DNA from: an uncultured delta proteobacterium
GTDB lineage: Bacteria > Desulfobacterota > Binatia > UBA9968
Reading direction: 5' to 3'
Length of the DNA: 64,000 bases
Assembly: GCA_963745835.1 (NCBI GenBank)
Contig: CAVUZH010000003.1
Span: 1,376,001 to 1,440,000, forward strand
Part shown: piece by piece, positions 1-9,745 of the stretch
Numbering within the stretch: position 1 is the first letter of the stretch
Layout of the letters: each line of letters opens with the position of its first letter
Notes under the pieces: model-generated
Database searches by the model: none
Told to the model about the DNA's origin: nothing
The model's input: the letters and a program-made list of their open reading frames with translations, nothing else
Made by a program: the position numbers and the translations under genes

Positions 1-22
1 GTGGGCTCCCCGGGTCTGAATC

Positions 23-3000
23 CTACTTCTTAAGTGCGATCCAGGCATAGTGCGTGGAGCCGTCTTCCAGCGTGGCTACAATTTTCCAGATGCCCTGGCT
101 GAAACCGGACTTCGTGCTCATGTTGAAGTGCCATTGACCGTCGGTAAGCCGGAATTGATTGCCGGTTGTAGCCGAATCGGTCGCCGACACTACCATGGGA
201 TCCCCCAACGAGTATGTGTCGCTGCTGTATTTAAACGCCTGAATAGTATGGACGCCGGTTAGCCATGGGGTTCCGCCGCCACCATAAGCTATAAACTTCA
301 CGGGAAGCGTACTGCCCAGTTTGACAGTCCGGATCGGGTGGGCAAAGTCTCCGCCGGTCGCATCATCGGCCCCGCCAATTGGAGACAAGAATCCGTCAAA
401 GCCCAAAGGATTGATGGTGTACGAGCCATTCACATTCGTCACCTCGAAATTGGCGAGACCCGTGCCGCTGACTACCGGCTCAATCGTGGTGGTTCCAAAG
501 CCCGGACCCACCGATGCCGGATTGTTGGCGCATGTCAGGTCACCCTTGTAAACGCCTGTCACCAAGCAGGCACTCGGAGACTTCGTCGTGCCGTCATAGG
601 TCGTCGTGCCGCCGCCCGCTGTCGCCGTTACTGGCGCCTTGTTGATGGTGTACGAGCCATTCACATTCGTCACCTCGAAATTGGCGAGACCCGTGCCGCT
701 GACTACCGGCTCAATCGTGGTGGTTCCAAAGCCCGGACCCACCGATGCCGGATTGTTGGCGCATGTCAGGTCACCCTTGTAAACGCCTGTCACCAAGCAG
801 GCACTCGGAGACTTCGTCGTGCCGTCATAGGTCGTCGTGCCGCCGCCCGCTGTCGCCGTTACTGGCGCCTTGTTGATGGTGTACGAGCCATTCACATTCG
901 TCACCTCGAAATTGGCGAGACCCGTGCCGCTGACTACCGGCTCAATCGTGGTGGTTCCAAAGCCCGGACCCACCGATGCCGGATTGTTGGCGCATGTCAG
1001 GTCACCCTTGTAAACGCCTGTCACCAAGCAGGCACTCGGAGACTTCGTCGTGCCGTCATAGGTCGTCGTGCCGCCGCCCGCTGTCGCCGTTACTGGCGCC
1101 TTGTTGATGGTGTACGAGCCATTCACATTCGTCACCTCGAAATTGGCGAGACCCGTGCCGCTGACTACCGGCTCAATCGTGGTGGTTCCAAAGCCCGGAC
1201 CCACCGATGCCGGATTGTTGGCGCATGTCAGGTCACCCTTGTAAACGCCTGTCACCAAGCAGGCACTCGGAGACTTCGTCGTGCCGTCATAGGTCGTCGT
1301 GCCGCCGCCCGCTGTCGCCGTTACTGGCGCCTTGTTGATGGTGTACGAGCCATTCACATTCGTCACCTCGAAATTGGCGAGACCCGTGCCGCTGACTACC
1401 GGCTCAATCGTGGTGGTTCCAAAGCCCGGACCCACCGATGCCGGATTGTTGGCGCATGTCAGGTCACCCTTGTAAACGCCTGTCACCAAGCAGGCACTCG
1501 GAGACTTCGTCGTGCCGTCATAGGTCGTCGTGCCGCCGCCCGCTGTCGCCGTTACTGGCGCCTTGTTGATGGTGTACGAGCCATTCACATTCGTCACCTC
1601 GAAATTGGCGAGACCCGTGCCGCTGACTACCGGCTCAATCGTGGTGGTTCCAAAGCCCGGACCCACCGATGCCGGATTGTTGGCGCATGTCAGGTCACCC
1701 TTGTAAACGCCTGTCACCAAGCAGGCACTCGGAGACTTCGTCGTGCCGTCATAGGTCGTCGTGCCGCCGCCCGCTGTCGCCGTTACTGGCGCCTTGGCAA
1801 TAGTCACACTCTGGTCCGCTGAGGCGGCCAGGAAGTTCGTTGTTTCCGCGCCACTGGCCCTCACCACGCATGTACCGGCCCCGCTCGAGCTGAAGATTCC
1901 CGTGTTGGCATTTACCACTGCGCATGGGCCACTCACGTGGCTGTAGGTAAGTGTGGAGCTATCTGTGTTCGTCGTCGATGCGCTCACCGTGAAGTTTCCG
2001 CCGCCAAACGTCGGCGTCGGCGCTGTCCCAAACGTGATCACCGGCGGCGCCTTGGCGGCGGCGTTATAGGTGAAGCAGGGCGAAGCGGTGCATGTGACCG
2101 GGCTCCCGGCACCCTCCCGGACAGTAACAGTCACCGGTCCCGCTACATGGGCAGGAGTTACTGCGGTTAGGTTCCCGCCCACCTTTGCGACTGAAGTAGC
2201 GGAGACGCCGCCAAACAAGACGGTCCATGGGCCATTGCCGATTCCGCTGACAGAGATGGTCACTGACGTGCCGCCGGTTGTCGGACCTGAGTTTGGTGAA
2301 ACGCTAGTAACCGACAACGCATCCTTAAACGCCGTCTGCGCGGTGAATCCGGAAGTCTGGCCTATTGCGGTCAGGGTAAAAATTCTGTCGAGGTCGATTT
2401 GCTGAGGGGCAAACTCAGCGACCACGAAGTTACCCTGCTGATTTGCGACCGCGGAGAGAAAAATATCCGGATACTCTTCAGGGAACTCATGAAAATAGAT
2501 ATATACCTGCTCATTCGCTTGAAAGCCGCTGCCAGTGATTGTGACGATCTGTCCGGGCGCGTAGTCGGTTTTGTCCGTGGTAACGCTCGCTTTAGAGCTA
2601 CTCACCAGCTTGGCGGAATTCAACACCTGGCCCCCGCTATTCACGCCGCCCGCCACTAATGCTTGATTGCGCTCCGGCAATTCTGTAATCGACTGGTCGG
2701 CGCGGTCGAGCAGCGACAATTGTTCAGCTGTCAGAATTCCTTGAAGTAGCGGATCCTGAGAAATTGACGGCGAGAAAAGAGCCGCGCGGCTCTGGGTGCT
2801 CAGCGTCGCGCCGAGCAGATCTGCGTTCGGCGGCAAGAGCGCTTTCGCAATAAAAACCCCATCCCTCGGATCGAAGACTTCCATCGATAACTCAGCGTCG
2901 CCCCCGATAATCTGTACCTTGCCATCCGGCAACAGTTTCAATGTTGCGAAGGCGCGAGCCGTCTGCATATTTGTGGGCGGTAGATAAAAAGTCTGCGAAG

Positions 3001-3673
3001 CGGGATCGAAAACCTCCGCTGTGTTGAGCATCGCCTCTTGCGCATTGACACCACCCACGATCATGACCTGACCGTTTTGTAGCAGGATTGCACTATGGAA
3101 TTTGCGAGGAGTTTTTAAAATCCCCGTTATGAGTGAAAAGCTTTGCGTGACAGGATCGTAGATTTCCGCACTTCCAAAGAGGTCCCCGCCAACGACAAGT
3201 ATTCTATCATTCGCTAAGATCGTGGCGGTATGGCCGCTACGCGCGCGCATCATGGCGGGACCGGCTATGAAAGAAGTAGTAACAGGGTTGTAGAATTCTG
3301 TGGATTGTAATGAGCCGGTCTGATCGCGACCGCCGATCACGAGTACTCTGCCGTCAGAAAGTCTGGTGGCAGAGTGATCGGTTCGTGGTGTTATCAACGC
3401 AGCCACGAGAGCAGAGACCTGCGAGACAGGATCAAAACTCTCCGCCTGGCTCACGATTCCGTTTTGATTATCGCCGCCGACGATCAAAACTTTTCCGTTC
3501 TCCAGCAGAGTAGCAGTATGGCTGCGCCGTTCGACATTCAAGTGACCGGTGCCAAGGATCTGCGCGACAGCCCACGTTGAGTACAACAGAGTCGCCAAAA
3601 GCACACCGAACAAAGTTAACCGCTTCAAAGTTCTGCGGTAATACGTATTGGACAACACTGCATCACTGTTCAT
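23..3673 (-). CDS. Large secreted/surface protein: Kelch/galactose-oxidase-type propeller, IPT/TIG domain, six 77-aa MBG-like repeats, C-terminal PxKF domain
   Basis: Hydrophobic N-terminal leader; repeated RxxHTATLLxxGKVLIVGG motifs; VTSVSPNSGPTTGGTSVTI (IPT); 6x KAPVTATAGGGTTTYDG...GSYTIN; GSTLPVKF near the C-terminus. Start set at ATG 3673 with GGAGGA at 3678-3683. Confidence 0.85.
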   Translation of the reverse strand: MNSDAVLSNTYYRRTLKRLTLFGVLLATLLYSTWAVAQILGTGHLNVERRSHTATLLENGKVLIVGGDNQNGIVSQAESFDPVSQVSALVAALITPRTDHSATRLSDGRVLVIGGRDQTGSLQSTEFYNPVTTSFIAGPAMMRARSGHTATILANDRILVVGGDLFGSAEIYDPVTQSFSLITGILKTPRKFHSAILLQNGQVMIVGGVNAQEAMLNTAEVFDPASQTFYLPPTNMQTARAFATLKLLPDGKVQIIGGDAELSMEVFDPRDGVFIAKALLPPNADLLGATLSTQSRAALFSPSISQDPLLQGILTAEQLSLLDRADQSITELPERNQALVAGGVNSGGQVLNSAKLVSSSKASVTTDKTDYAPGQIVTITGSGFQANEQVYIYFHEFPEEYPDIFLSAVANQQGNFVVAEFAPQQIDLDRIFTLTAIGQTSGFTAQTAFKDALSVTSVSPNSGPTTGGTSVTISVSGIGNGPWTVLFGGVSATSVAKVGGNLTAVTPAHVAGPVTVTVREGAGSPVTCTASPCFTYNAAAKAPPVITFGTAPTPTFGGGNFTVSASTTNTDSSTLTYSHVSGPCAVVNANTGIFSSSGAGTCVVRASGAETTNFLAASADQSVTIAKAPVTATAGGGTTTYDGTTKSPSACLVTGVYKGDLTCANNPASVGPGFGTTTIEPVVSGTGLANFEVTNVNGSYTINKAPVTATAGGGTTTYDGTTKSPSACLVTGVYKGDLTCANNPASVGPGFGTTTIEPVVSGTGLANFEVTNVNGSYTINKAPVTATAGGGTTTYDGTTKSPSACLVTGVYKGDLTCANNPASVGPGFGTTTIEPVVSGTGLANFEVTNVNGSYTINKAPVTATAGGGTTTYDGTTKSPSACLVTGVYKGDLTCANNPASVGPGFGTTTIEPVVSGTGLANFEVTNVNGSYTINKAPVTATAGGGTTTYDGTTKSPSACLVTGVYKGDLTCANNPASVGPGFGTTTIEPVVSGTGLANFEVTNVNGSYTINKAPVTATAGGGTTTYDGTTKSPSACLVTGVYKGDLTCANNPASVGPGFGTTTIEPVVSGTGLANFEVTNVNGSYTINPLGFDGFLSPIGGADDATGGDFAHPIRTVKLGSTLPVKFIAYGGGGTPWLTGVHTIQAFKYSSDTYSLGDPMVVSATDSATTGNQFRLTDGQWHFNMSTKSGFSQGIWKIVATLEDGSTHYAWIALKK
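411..1796. repeat. Six tandem 231-bp repeats (77 codons each), apparently identical
   Basis: Unit ttgatggtgtacgagcc...ctggcgccttg starts at 411, 642, 873, 1104, 1335 and 1566; no differences seen by eye. Confidence 0.95.
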
Positions 3674-3727
3674 CCGATCCTCCAAATAGTCCTTTGCCTA
3701 CAACGCCGCTCCGTACCCGTTTTTGGC

Positions 3728-3763
3728 AAAAAAAAACCGGCACAGAATTTCTGTTGCCGGTTT
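3728..3763 (-). terminator. Intrinsic terminator in the 5' leader (riboswitch expression platform)
   Basis: Minus strand AAACCGGCA-ACAGAAAUUCUG-UGCCGGUUU followed by a U-run, ~55 nt before the start codon. Confidence 0.85.
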
Positions 3764-3823
3764 CACCATTCGCTCCCTGACGCCCGTGGTGACCACGTTG
3801 GGCAATCAGTTCATCGCGTCAAC
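3753..3823 (-). ncRNA. c-di-GMP-II-like riboswitch aptamer
   Basis: Minus strand GUUG-ACGCGAUGAA-CUGAUUGCCC-AACGUGGUCACCAC-GGGCGUCAG-GGAGCGA-AUGGUG-AAACCGG-CAAC: closing GUUG/CAAC stem, GAA/GGAG kink-turn-like element, CACCA/UGGUG pseudoknot and AACC 3' motif as in class II c-di-GMP aptamers. Matched by eye, not by covariance model. Confidence 0.75.
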
Positions 3824-3847
3824 TTTCTTATGATTCTGCGGCGGTAG

Positions 3848-3863
3848 AGCATGCGGTGTGCCA
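3848..3863 (-). promoter_or_regulatory. sigma54 (-24/-12) promoter
   Basis: Minus strand TGGCACACCGCATGCT = GG-N10-GC; predicted start ~3837, just upstream of the riboswitch. Confidence 0.7.
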
Positions 3864-3980
3864 CGAAACCGCGGGCTGAGGAATTCCAACCAGCGTTCAA
3901 TCGATGTCATCCCGGGTCATCTTCTGGCTAGAATGATTTCTTCGGAAAAGGCGAGGTCGTGACGCGATCAAATGGCAAAC

Positions 3981-3996
3981 ATGTCGCAGATGACAT
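3981..3996. promoter_or_regulatory. Possible enhancer-binding-protein site
   Basis: Dyad ATGTC-GCAGAT-GACAT ~120 bp upstream of the sigma54 box. Confidence 0.3.
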
Positions 3997-4438
3997 AACG
4001 GGTGACGCATCGGGCGGAAGACAGCTCGCCGACGCGGCTCGGTGTACGGAGGATCTGCTTTGGTTTTCGATTTAAAGCCTAATCACGGCGGTCCGCATGC
4101 GCGTGAGACGGTGAGCCGAACAAGCGGACTCGGCTTAGTAGCAACTGCGCTTAAGCTGAACAACGCTCCGTTTGACGGGTGATAACCGATCAGGGTGTTG
4201 AGGGACGATCGACGCAGTGATTCATATCATGACCTAAGGGCGGGTATTCTGCGCGATCACGCCAGCCTAGAACATGTGACGACGGAGATTTAGCAATCTA
4301 AGCATCATTCTCAAAGCAGTTTCCACGCAATAACTCTTTGAATGGTTAAAACCCGCTGGAGAATTGGCACAGATCCTCGGCTAGTAATTCAAAAGAAAGC
4401 TCGTATCTTTAGACTTTCTTTCTGGGGAGACGTATAGC

Positions 4439-5491
4439 TCACTTAGTCGCCAGTACTTTCTTGACTCTTTCCAAAACCTCGGGCGGCGACTCGAAGATTT
4501 CTTTTACCAGTGCTTCTAGTTCTTCTCCTGACGTTGGTTCCACATCCATGCGGCTCTTCTTGGCCTCGGCGAGCGCCTCGGGGTCCTTCAATGTCTTTTG
4601 GAATGCCTCTCTCAGGATTTTTATTCTTTCAGGAGGAGTGCCCGGCGTCACCATCATCGGCCGACCAAAATCCCCCGAGGCCAAAATAATCTGCGCAACA
4701 CGCCGGCTATCGCCCGGGACCTTGTGTTGCTCGAACAACTCATTAAGAGTCGGCGCATCGGATGCACGGGAATCTTTCTTGCGCGCAGTCTGAACAATAT
4801 GACGATCAAAGCCGTTCTTGTGCCATGTGTCGAACGGTTCGCGGCCAAAGTGAGCAGCCATACTATGCGCACGGCAAACAACCTCATTTTTTTCCACAGC
4901 AAGGTCAATCTCGGTGCCGCCGGCATAACCGAGTACTGTGTTAAATTTCGCACCAAGCGAATCCTCTAATACTTTCGACAATAGATAATCGCTGCTGGCC
5001 GTGCCGCTGCCGCCGCACTTGGGAGGCTCCTTTGCTTTCATAATATCTGCAATATCCTTATACGGCGCATCGGCACGCATGTAGAAAATAATCGACTCAA
5101 CTGCCGGGGATCCAATCCAATGGAACTTACGGAGATCGAACTGCATCTCCTTACGTCCGACAAGTTGGTCGACGTAGATGCCATTGAGAGGCATTACCAT
5201 GGTTAGACCATCCGGCTTGGCCACATTGAAGACATGATTGACCGCTATCACGGATCCCGCGCCGGTCATGTTTTGCGCAACGATTTCCGGTTGCCCCGGG
5301 ATATATTTCGGCATGTATTTAGCGAACAAGCGAGCCCAACGGTCATAGAATCCTCCCGCTGTTGAACCCACCATGATGCGAACTGTTTTCCCTCTATAAA
5401 ATCCGTCGCCTTGCGCCCTGACTTCAGCTGTAACGCTCGCAAGCATGATTGAACCGAACAAAACTAAAAAACCAAGGTTTCCCTTCTTCAT
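4439..5491 (-). CDS. Tripartite tricarboxylate transporter substrate-binding protein (Bug/TctC family)
   Basis: Signal peptide; VGSTAGGFYDRWAR, QNMTGAGS, AKPDGLT, GYAGG motifs. Confidence 0.9.
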   Translation of the reverse strand: MKKGNLGFLVLFGSIMLASVTAEVRAQGDGFYRGKTVRIMVGSTAGGFYDRWARLFAKYMPKYIPGQPEIVAQNMTGAGSVIAVNHVFNVAKPDGLTMVMPLNGIYVDQLVGRKEMQFDLRKFHWIGSPAVESIIFYMRADAPYKDIADIMKAKEPPKCGGSGTASSDYLLSKVLEDSLGAKFNTVLGYAGGTEIDLAVEKNEVVCRAHSMAAHFGREPFDTWHKNGFDRHIVQTARKKDSRASDAPTLNELFEQHKVPGDSRRVAQIILASGDFGRPMMVTPGTPPERIKILREAFQKTLKDPEALAEAKKSRMDVEPTSGEELEALVKEIFESPPEVLERVKKVLATK

Positions 5492-6343
5492 GACAATTCC
5501 CTCCTATCATACGACGACAAAGTCCGCGTGCTTATGAACGGCAAAAAGGATGATATTTGAGCTGTAACGCTGGACCACAAACGGTCAGTCCAGAGGCCGG
5601 TATGGGGGGCAATAAGGCGAGCCAGAAAATAATCGTGTAGAAAGCCGAGGCGCGTGGGACTCATCTGATATTTCGTGACGGCATCTTTGTTCATTGGACA
5701 CAGAAGATCCGGGCGTTAATGGACGCAGTTCTTATATAACAAGCGGCGCCGCTCGGGAAGGAGTTAGGGAGCGTGATCGAGATTGGCCTCGATGCCGATG
5801 ATAATACAGGCGGCCGAGTTTCAGATGCGTCGTAGTTCCCTACCTAAGCTTAAAGTCGTCGCAATGATTTCAGCGACCTGCGACCGCTCATCTCTCTTCG
5901 GCAAACCCTCTCCCAGGGGAACGCCATTGACCCGTCAATCGCGCCTATGATAAGCGAGGACGTCAAAGAAGCGCCGTAGGGACTGCTGCAATTTCTGGTC
6001 AGTACCACCGCGCGCAGCGGCAGGATGAGTAATATAGAGGAGCTATCAAACTGCTCAACATGGACGCATGTTCAGGCAATCGATGAGTCCGGCAGCAAGC
6101 GCAGCAGTTTTGATTCAGCTCGAACGGCGTCACGGACATGATTCGCCGCAAGAATTTTTTCGTTCATCACGGCATGGACGACCGTTTTAAACTTTGTTAG
6201 ATTGCGCAGCGCTGATGTGTGGAGCCGTGCCGGATGTCGATACGAGTCAAGCATAAAGGAATAGGCAATATCTTACCTATAAAAGAACAGATCATGCGGA
6301 CCGATCGGCTTGGATGGCAACGCTCGGATGGAAGGAGCACCCT

Positions 6344-6832
6344 TTGAAGTTAAGAGGCCCGGCAATATTTAGTTTGTGCGCTTTGATATTCTTTATCGTT
6401 TTCGTTTATCAAGCGCAGGATTGGCGAATGCAGGCCCGGCTCTATCCTTGGGCGATAGGCATACCGATGGTCATTTTAGCCTTAGTTCAGGTCATCCTGG
6501 ATCTAAGGGGTTACAAAGCCAAAGAGACATCGGATGGTGCTCCCGTCGATTTTCAGTTTACTCAAACCATCGAGCCGGCACTGGCAAGAAAACGGGCCAT
6601 TACAATGTTTTCGTGGCTACTCGGTTTCTTTCTGCTGGTATGGCTACTTGGATTCGAATACGGAATTCCCCTCATGGTGTTCAGCTATTTGAAAATCCAA
6701 TCGAATGAATCATGGGTCTTATCCATTATCCTTACAGTCCTGGCTTTTGTATTCTTCTGGCTTCTCTTTGTAAAACTTCTCACCCTGCCGTTCCCACAAG
6801 GTCTGATTTTTACTTGGCTTGGGATAGGATAA
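6344..6832 (+). CDS. Tripartite tricarboxylate transporter small membrane subunit, TctB family
   Basis: About 5 hydrophobic segments, ARLYPW, LLGF and C-terminal LFVKLLTLPFPQG typical of TctB; TTG start after AAGGAG (ORF track start 6314). Confidence 0.8.
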   Translation: MKLRGPAIFSLCALIFFIVFVYQAQDWRMQARLYPWAIGIPMVILALVQVILDLRGYKAKETSDGAPVDFQFTQTIEPALARKRAITMFSWLLGFFLLVWLLGFEYGIPLMVFSYLKIQSNESWVLSIILTVLAFVFFWLLFVKLLTLPFPQGLIFTWLGIG

Positions 6833-6952
6833 GGCTTCAAATCCGGTATAAGGCGATGCTAATATCTGCGCACTAGCCTAACTCTCGATTTTACATACGA
6901 GGCTCGCTGCTTCAGCAAATAGCCTTCACGGCTACGCTTGCCGGAGGTGGAT

Positions 6953-8014
6953 ATGACAATCCCGTTTCGTCTTCTTAGCTATTTCCGAGTTTTTTTGTGC
7001 TCCGCATGCGTGATCGGCTTTTGCAATCAATCCGTCCAGGCGCAAACCGAGACATTTTATCAAAATAAGACGATTCGCGTCATTGTCGGATTTACTCCCG
7101 GCGGATTCTATGATCGTTGGGCTCGTTTGATCGCACGTTACATGCCTAGGTACATACTGGGTAATCCAGAGATGATAGTGCAAAACATGCCAGGCGCAAG
7201 CTCCGTTATTGCGGCCAACTACGTCTACAACGTTGCCAAAGGCGACGGATTAACGATCCTCGCGCCAATCAACAGTTTGTACCTAGACCAAATCGTCGAG
7301 CGTAAAGAGGTGCAATTCGACGTGCGTAAATTCGAATGGATCGGCACACAAGAAAAAACCCCAATCATGCTTTATGTGCGATCTGACGCTCCTTACAAAT
7401 CCATTGCTGACATTATCAAAGCCGCCGATCCTCCTCGATGCGGCTCCACCGGAACAGCCAGCACCGGCTATATTCTCGCTAAAGTGCTAGACGAAACTCT
7501 CAAGGCAAAGATCAATACGGTGACCGGCTATCAAGGTGGCAGTGAAATCGATATTGCGGTGGAGCGCGGTGAAATTCACTGCCGCGGTATGGACATCCCG
7601 CCGCACTTCGGCCGTGAGCCGTTCGATACTTGGCACAAAAAGGGTTTTGATCGACATATTCTCCAAGGCGGGCCAAAGCGCGATCCGCGTTTGGCGGACA
7701 CACCGACGCTTTTTGAATTGATGGATCAACACAAAACCCCGGAGACGGCTCGCCGCCTGGCACGTATCATCTTGGCCGTTGGCGAATTTGGTCGTCCGCT
7801 GGTTGCGCCTCCCGGTATGCCGGCAGAAAGGATCGCAATCTTACGTGACGCTTATTCCAGGGCTATGAATGACGCCGAGCTCGTCGCAGAAGCAAATAAG
7901 GGACGGATGGATATGGATCCGTCCACCGGCCAAGAACTCCAGAAGCTGTTGAAAGATGTGATGGACCAGCCCCGAGAAGTTCTCGAACGGGTGAAAGCGA
8001 TTCTCGCAAATTAG
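6953..8014 (+). CDS. Bug/TctC family substrate-binding protein
   Basis: VGFTPGGFYDRWAR, QNMPGAS, GYQGG motifs; GGAGG before ATG 6953. Confidence 0.9.
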   Translation: MTIPFRLLSYFRVFLCSACVIGFCNQSVQAQTETFYQNKTIRVIVGFTPGGFYDRWARLIARYMPRYILGNPEMIVQNMPGASSVIAANYVYNVAKGDGLTILAPINSLYLDQIVERKEVQFDVRKFEWIGTQEKTPIMLYVRSDAPYKSIADIIKAADPPRCGSTGTASTGYILAKVLDETLKAKINTVTGYQGGSEIDIAVERGEIHCRGMDIPPHFGREPFDTWHKKGFDRHILQGGPKRDPRLADTPTLFELMDQHKTPETARRLARIILAVGEFGRPLVAPPGMPAERIAILRDAYSRAMNDAELVAEANKGRMDMDPSTGQELQKLLKDVMDQPREVLERVKAILAN

Positions 8015-8036
8015 CATCCAGAGAAGGAAGTTTTGA

Positions 8037-8455
8037 ATGGTAATTGGCAAGTTCAAGCTTATCGCATTCGGTCTAGTTGCTTTTACAATCAGTCTCTCCG
8101 CCATCGCCAGCGTTTACGGGCAAAGCGAGTCTTTTTATAAGGGCAAAACCATTCGCATCATCGTCGGCTTTACTCCGGGAGGCTTCTACGATCGTTGGGC
8201 ACGACTATCCTACGCGGCGGCGATTACGGCCAGCCGATCTTTGCCCCGCCCGCAACACCAGCCGATCGCGTAAAAATTTTGCGCGAAGGTTATGCGAGAG
8301 CATTGAAAGACCCCGAACTGATCGCGGAAGCAAAAAAAGCGCGAATGGATATGGAAGCCCGTTTCCGGCGAAGAGCTCCAAACCTTAACCACGCCGCTGA
8401 TGTCAACCAGCCGCAGTCATTCAACAAGCGAAGAAGGTTTTGGAAAATTAGAAAA
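8037..8455 (+). pseudogene. Internally deleted Bug/TctC gene
   Basis: N-terminus (signal, FYKGKTIRIIVGFTPGGFYDRWARL) joins at ~8206, out of frame, to the C-terminal part (ILRGGDYGQPIFAPPATPADRVKILREGY...MDME); about 210 codons missing. Confidence 0.85.
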
Positions 8456-8645
8456 ATGGAAACCGGATATGCTACGTCTAACGTTGTAGGGAAAGAATTA
8501 TGAAGCCCCTATCAGTGTTTTGTCTGCGCTCAGTTGGGAATACACCAGTAATAATCGCCCATGAACACTTCTTCTAAGTGACTACACACAAAAGTGAGAC
8601 TATTCGGCAGACCAACGATACCGGACGATTTCAAAGGAGACTAGT

Positions 8646-9677
8646 ATGCGAGTCTTGATTTTCGCCATCGCGTTATTTCTGCCCATGAGCACTCCGCTCT
8701 ACGCGCAGACCCCCTTTTATCAGGGAAAGCAGATTAAAGTTGTCGTCGGTTTCACCTCCGGCGGTTTTTACGATCGATGGGCTAGGTTGTTATCCCGCTA
8801 CATGCCCAAGCACATTCCGGGATCCCCGGAAATGATCGTGCAGAACATGCCAGGAGCGGGATCGGTGGTGGCCACTAATTTCGTGTACAACGTGGCCAAA
8901 CCTGATGGCTTGACTATCGGTTTTCCCAGTAGCGCAATTTATCTCGATCAACTAATAGGCCGCGCCGAAGCGAAGTTTGATATCCGGAAATTTAGCTGGA
9001 TCGGCTCACCGGTCCAAGAACCGGTGATTTTTTATATCAGAGCCGACAGTCCCTACAAATCGATCTCCGATATCAGAAGCGCCAAAGAGCCGCCCAAGTG
9101 CGGCGCCACAGGTACAGTAAGCACCGATTTCATACTGGCGCGTTTGCTCGAAGATACCATGCCGCCGCTCAAGATCGACACCGTTTTGGGCTATCCTGGA
9201 GGGGCAGAAATCGACCTAGCGGTCGAAAAAAACGAGGTTATCTGTCGAGGGATGACCGCTTCGCCGTTCCACGGCCGTGAACCTTTCATATCATGGCAGA
9301 AGAAAAACTTCGTCCGGGTCCTGCTTTTTACCGGCGAAAAACGCGACGAAAGACTGCCGGATGTTCCGACTCTCGACGAGATCTTCGACAAGGAGAAGGT
9401 CCCCGAAGCCGGACGCCGGGTCGCTGAGGTGATCCTTGCTGCCGAGAAGTTCGGGCGGCCGATCATCGCCGGACCCGGAACCCCGCCGGAGCGGCTAAAT
9501 ATCCTTCGTCAGGCATTCAATCAGGCTATGAAAGATCCTGAGCTGCTTGCCGAGGCCAAGAAAACTAGGATGGATGTCGATCCGACGAGCGGGGAAGTTC
9601 TGGAAAAGCTGGCGAGGCGAGTTTTAGATCAACCCCCCGAAGTCCTTGCCCGAGTAAAAAAGATACTAAGTAACTAA
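8646..9677 (+). CDS. Bug/TctC family substrate-binding protein
   Basis: Same family motifs; AAGGAG RBS. Confidence 0.9.
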   Translation: MRVLIFAIALFLPMSTPLYAQTPFYQGKQIKVVVGFTSGGFYDRWARLLSRYMPKHIPGSPEMIVQNMPGAGSVVATNFVYNVAKPDGLTIGFPSSAIYLDQLIGRAEAKFDIRKFSWIGSPVQEPVIFYIRADSPYKSISDIRSAKEPPKCGATGTVSTDFILARLLEDTMPPLKIDTVLGYPGGAEIDLAVEKNEVICRGMTASPFHGREPFISWQKKNFVRVLLFTGEKRDERLPDVPTLDEIFDKEKVPEAGRRVAEVILAAEKFGRPIIAGPGTPPERLNILRQAFNQAMKDPELLAEAKKTRMDVDPTSGEVLEKLARRVLDQPPEVLARVKKILSN

Positions 9678-9745
9678 CCCCTATCTCTTGCAAGCGCACC
9701 GGATGATGATAAACAAGCAACAATATTCCTAAGGAGGTTCGCTGA

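Noticed and set aside
338-1822. 494-aa repetitive + strand ORF
   Set aside because: Antisense shadow of the 231-bp repeats in the minus-strand surface protein; Arg-rich with no recognisable domain.
5488-6300. Short ORFs or a possible tctA remnant or ncRNA upstream of tctB
   Set aside because: No TctA motifs or convincing RNA structure recognised.
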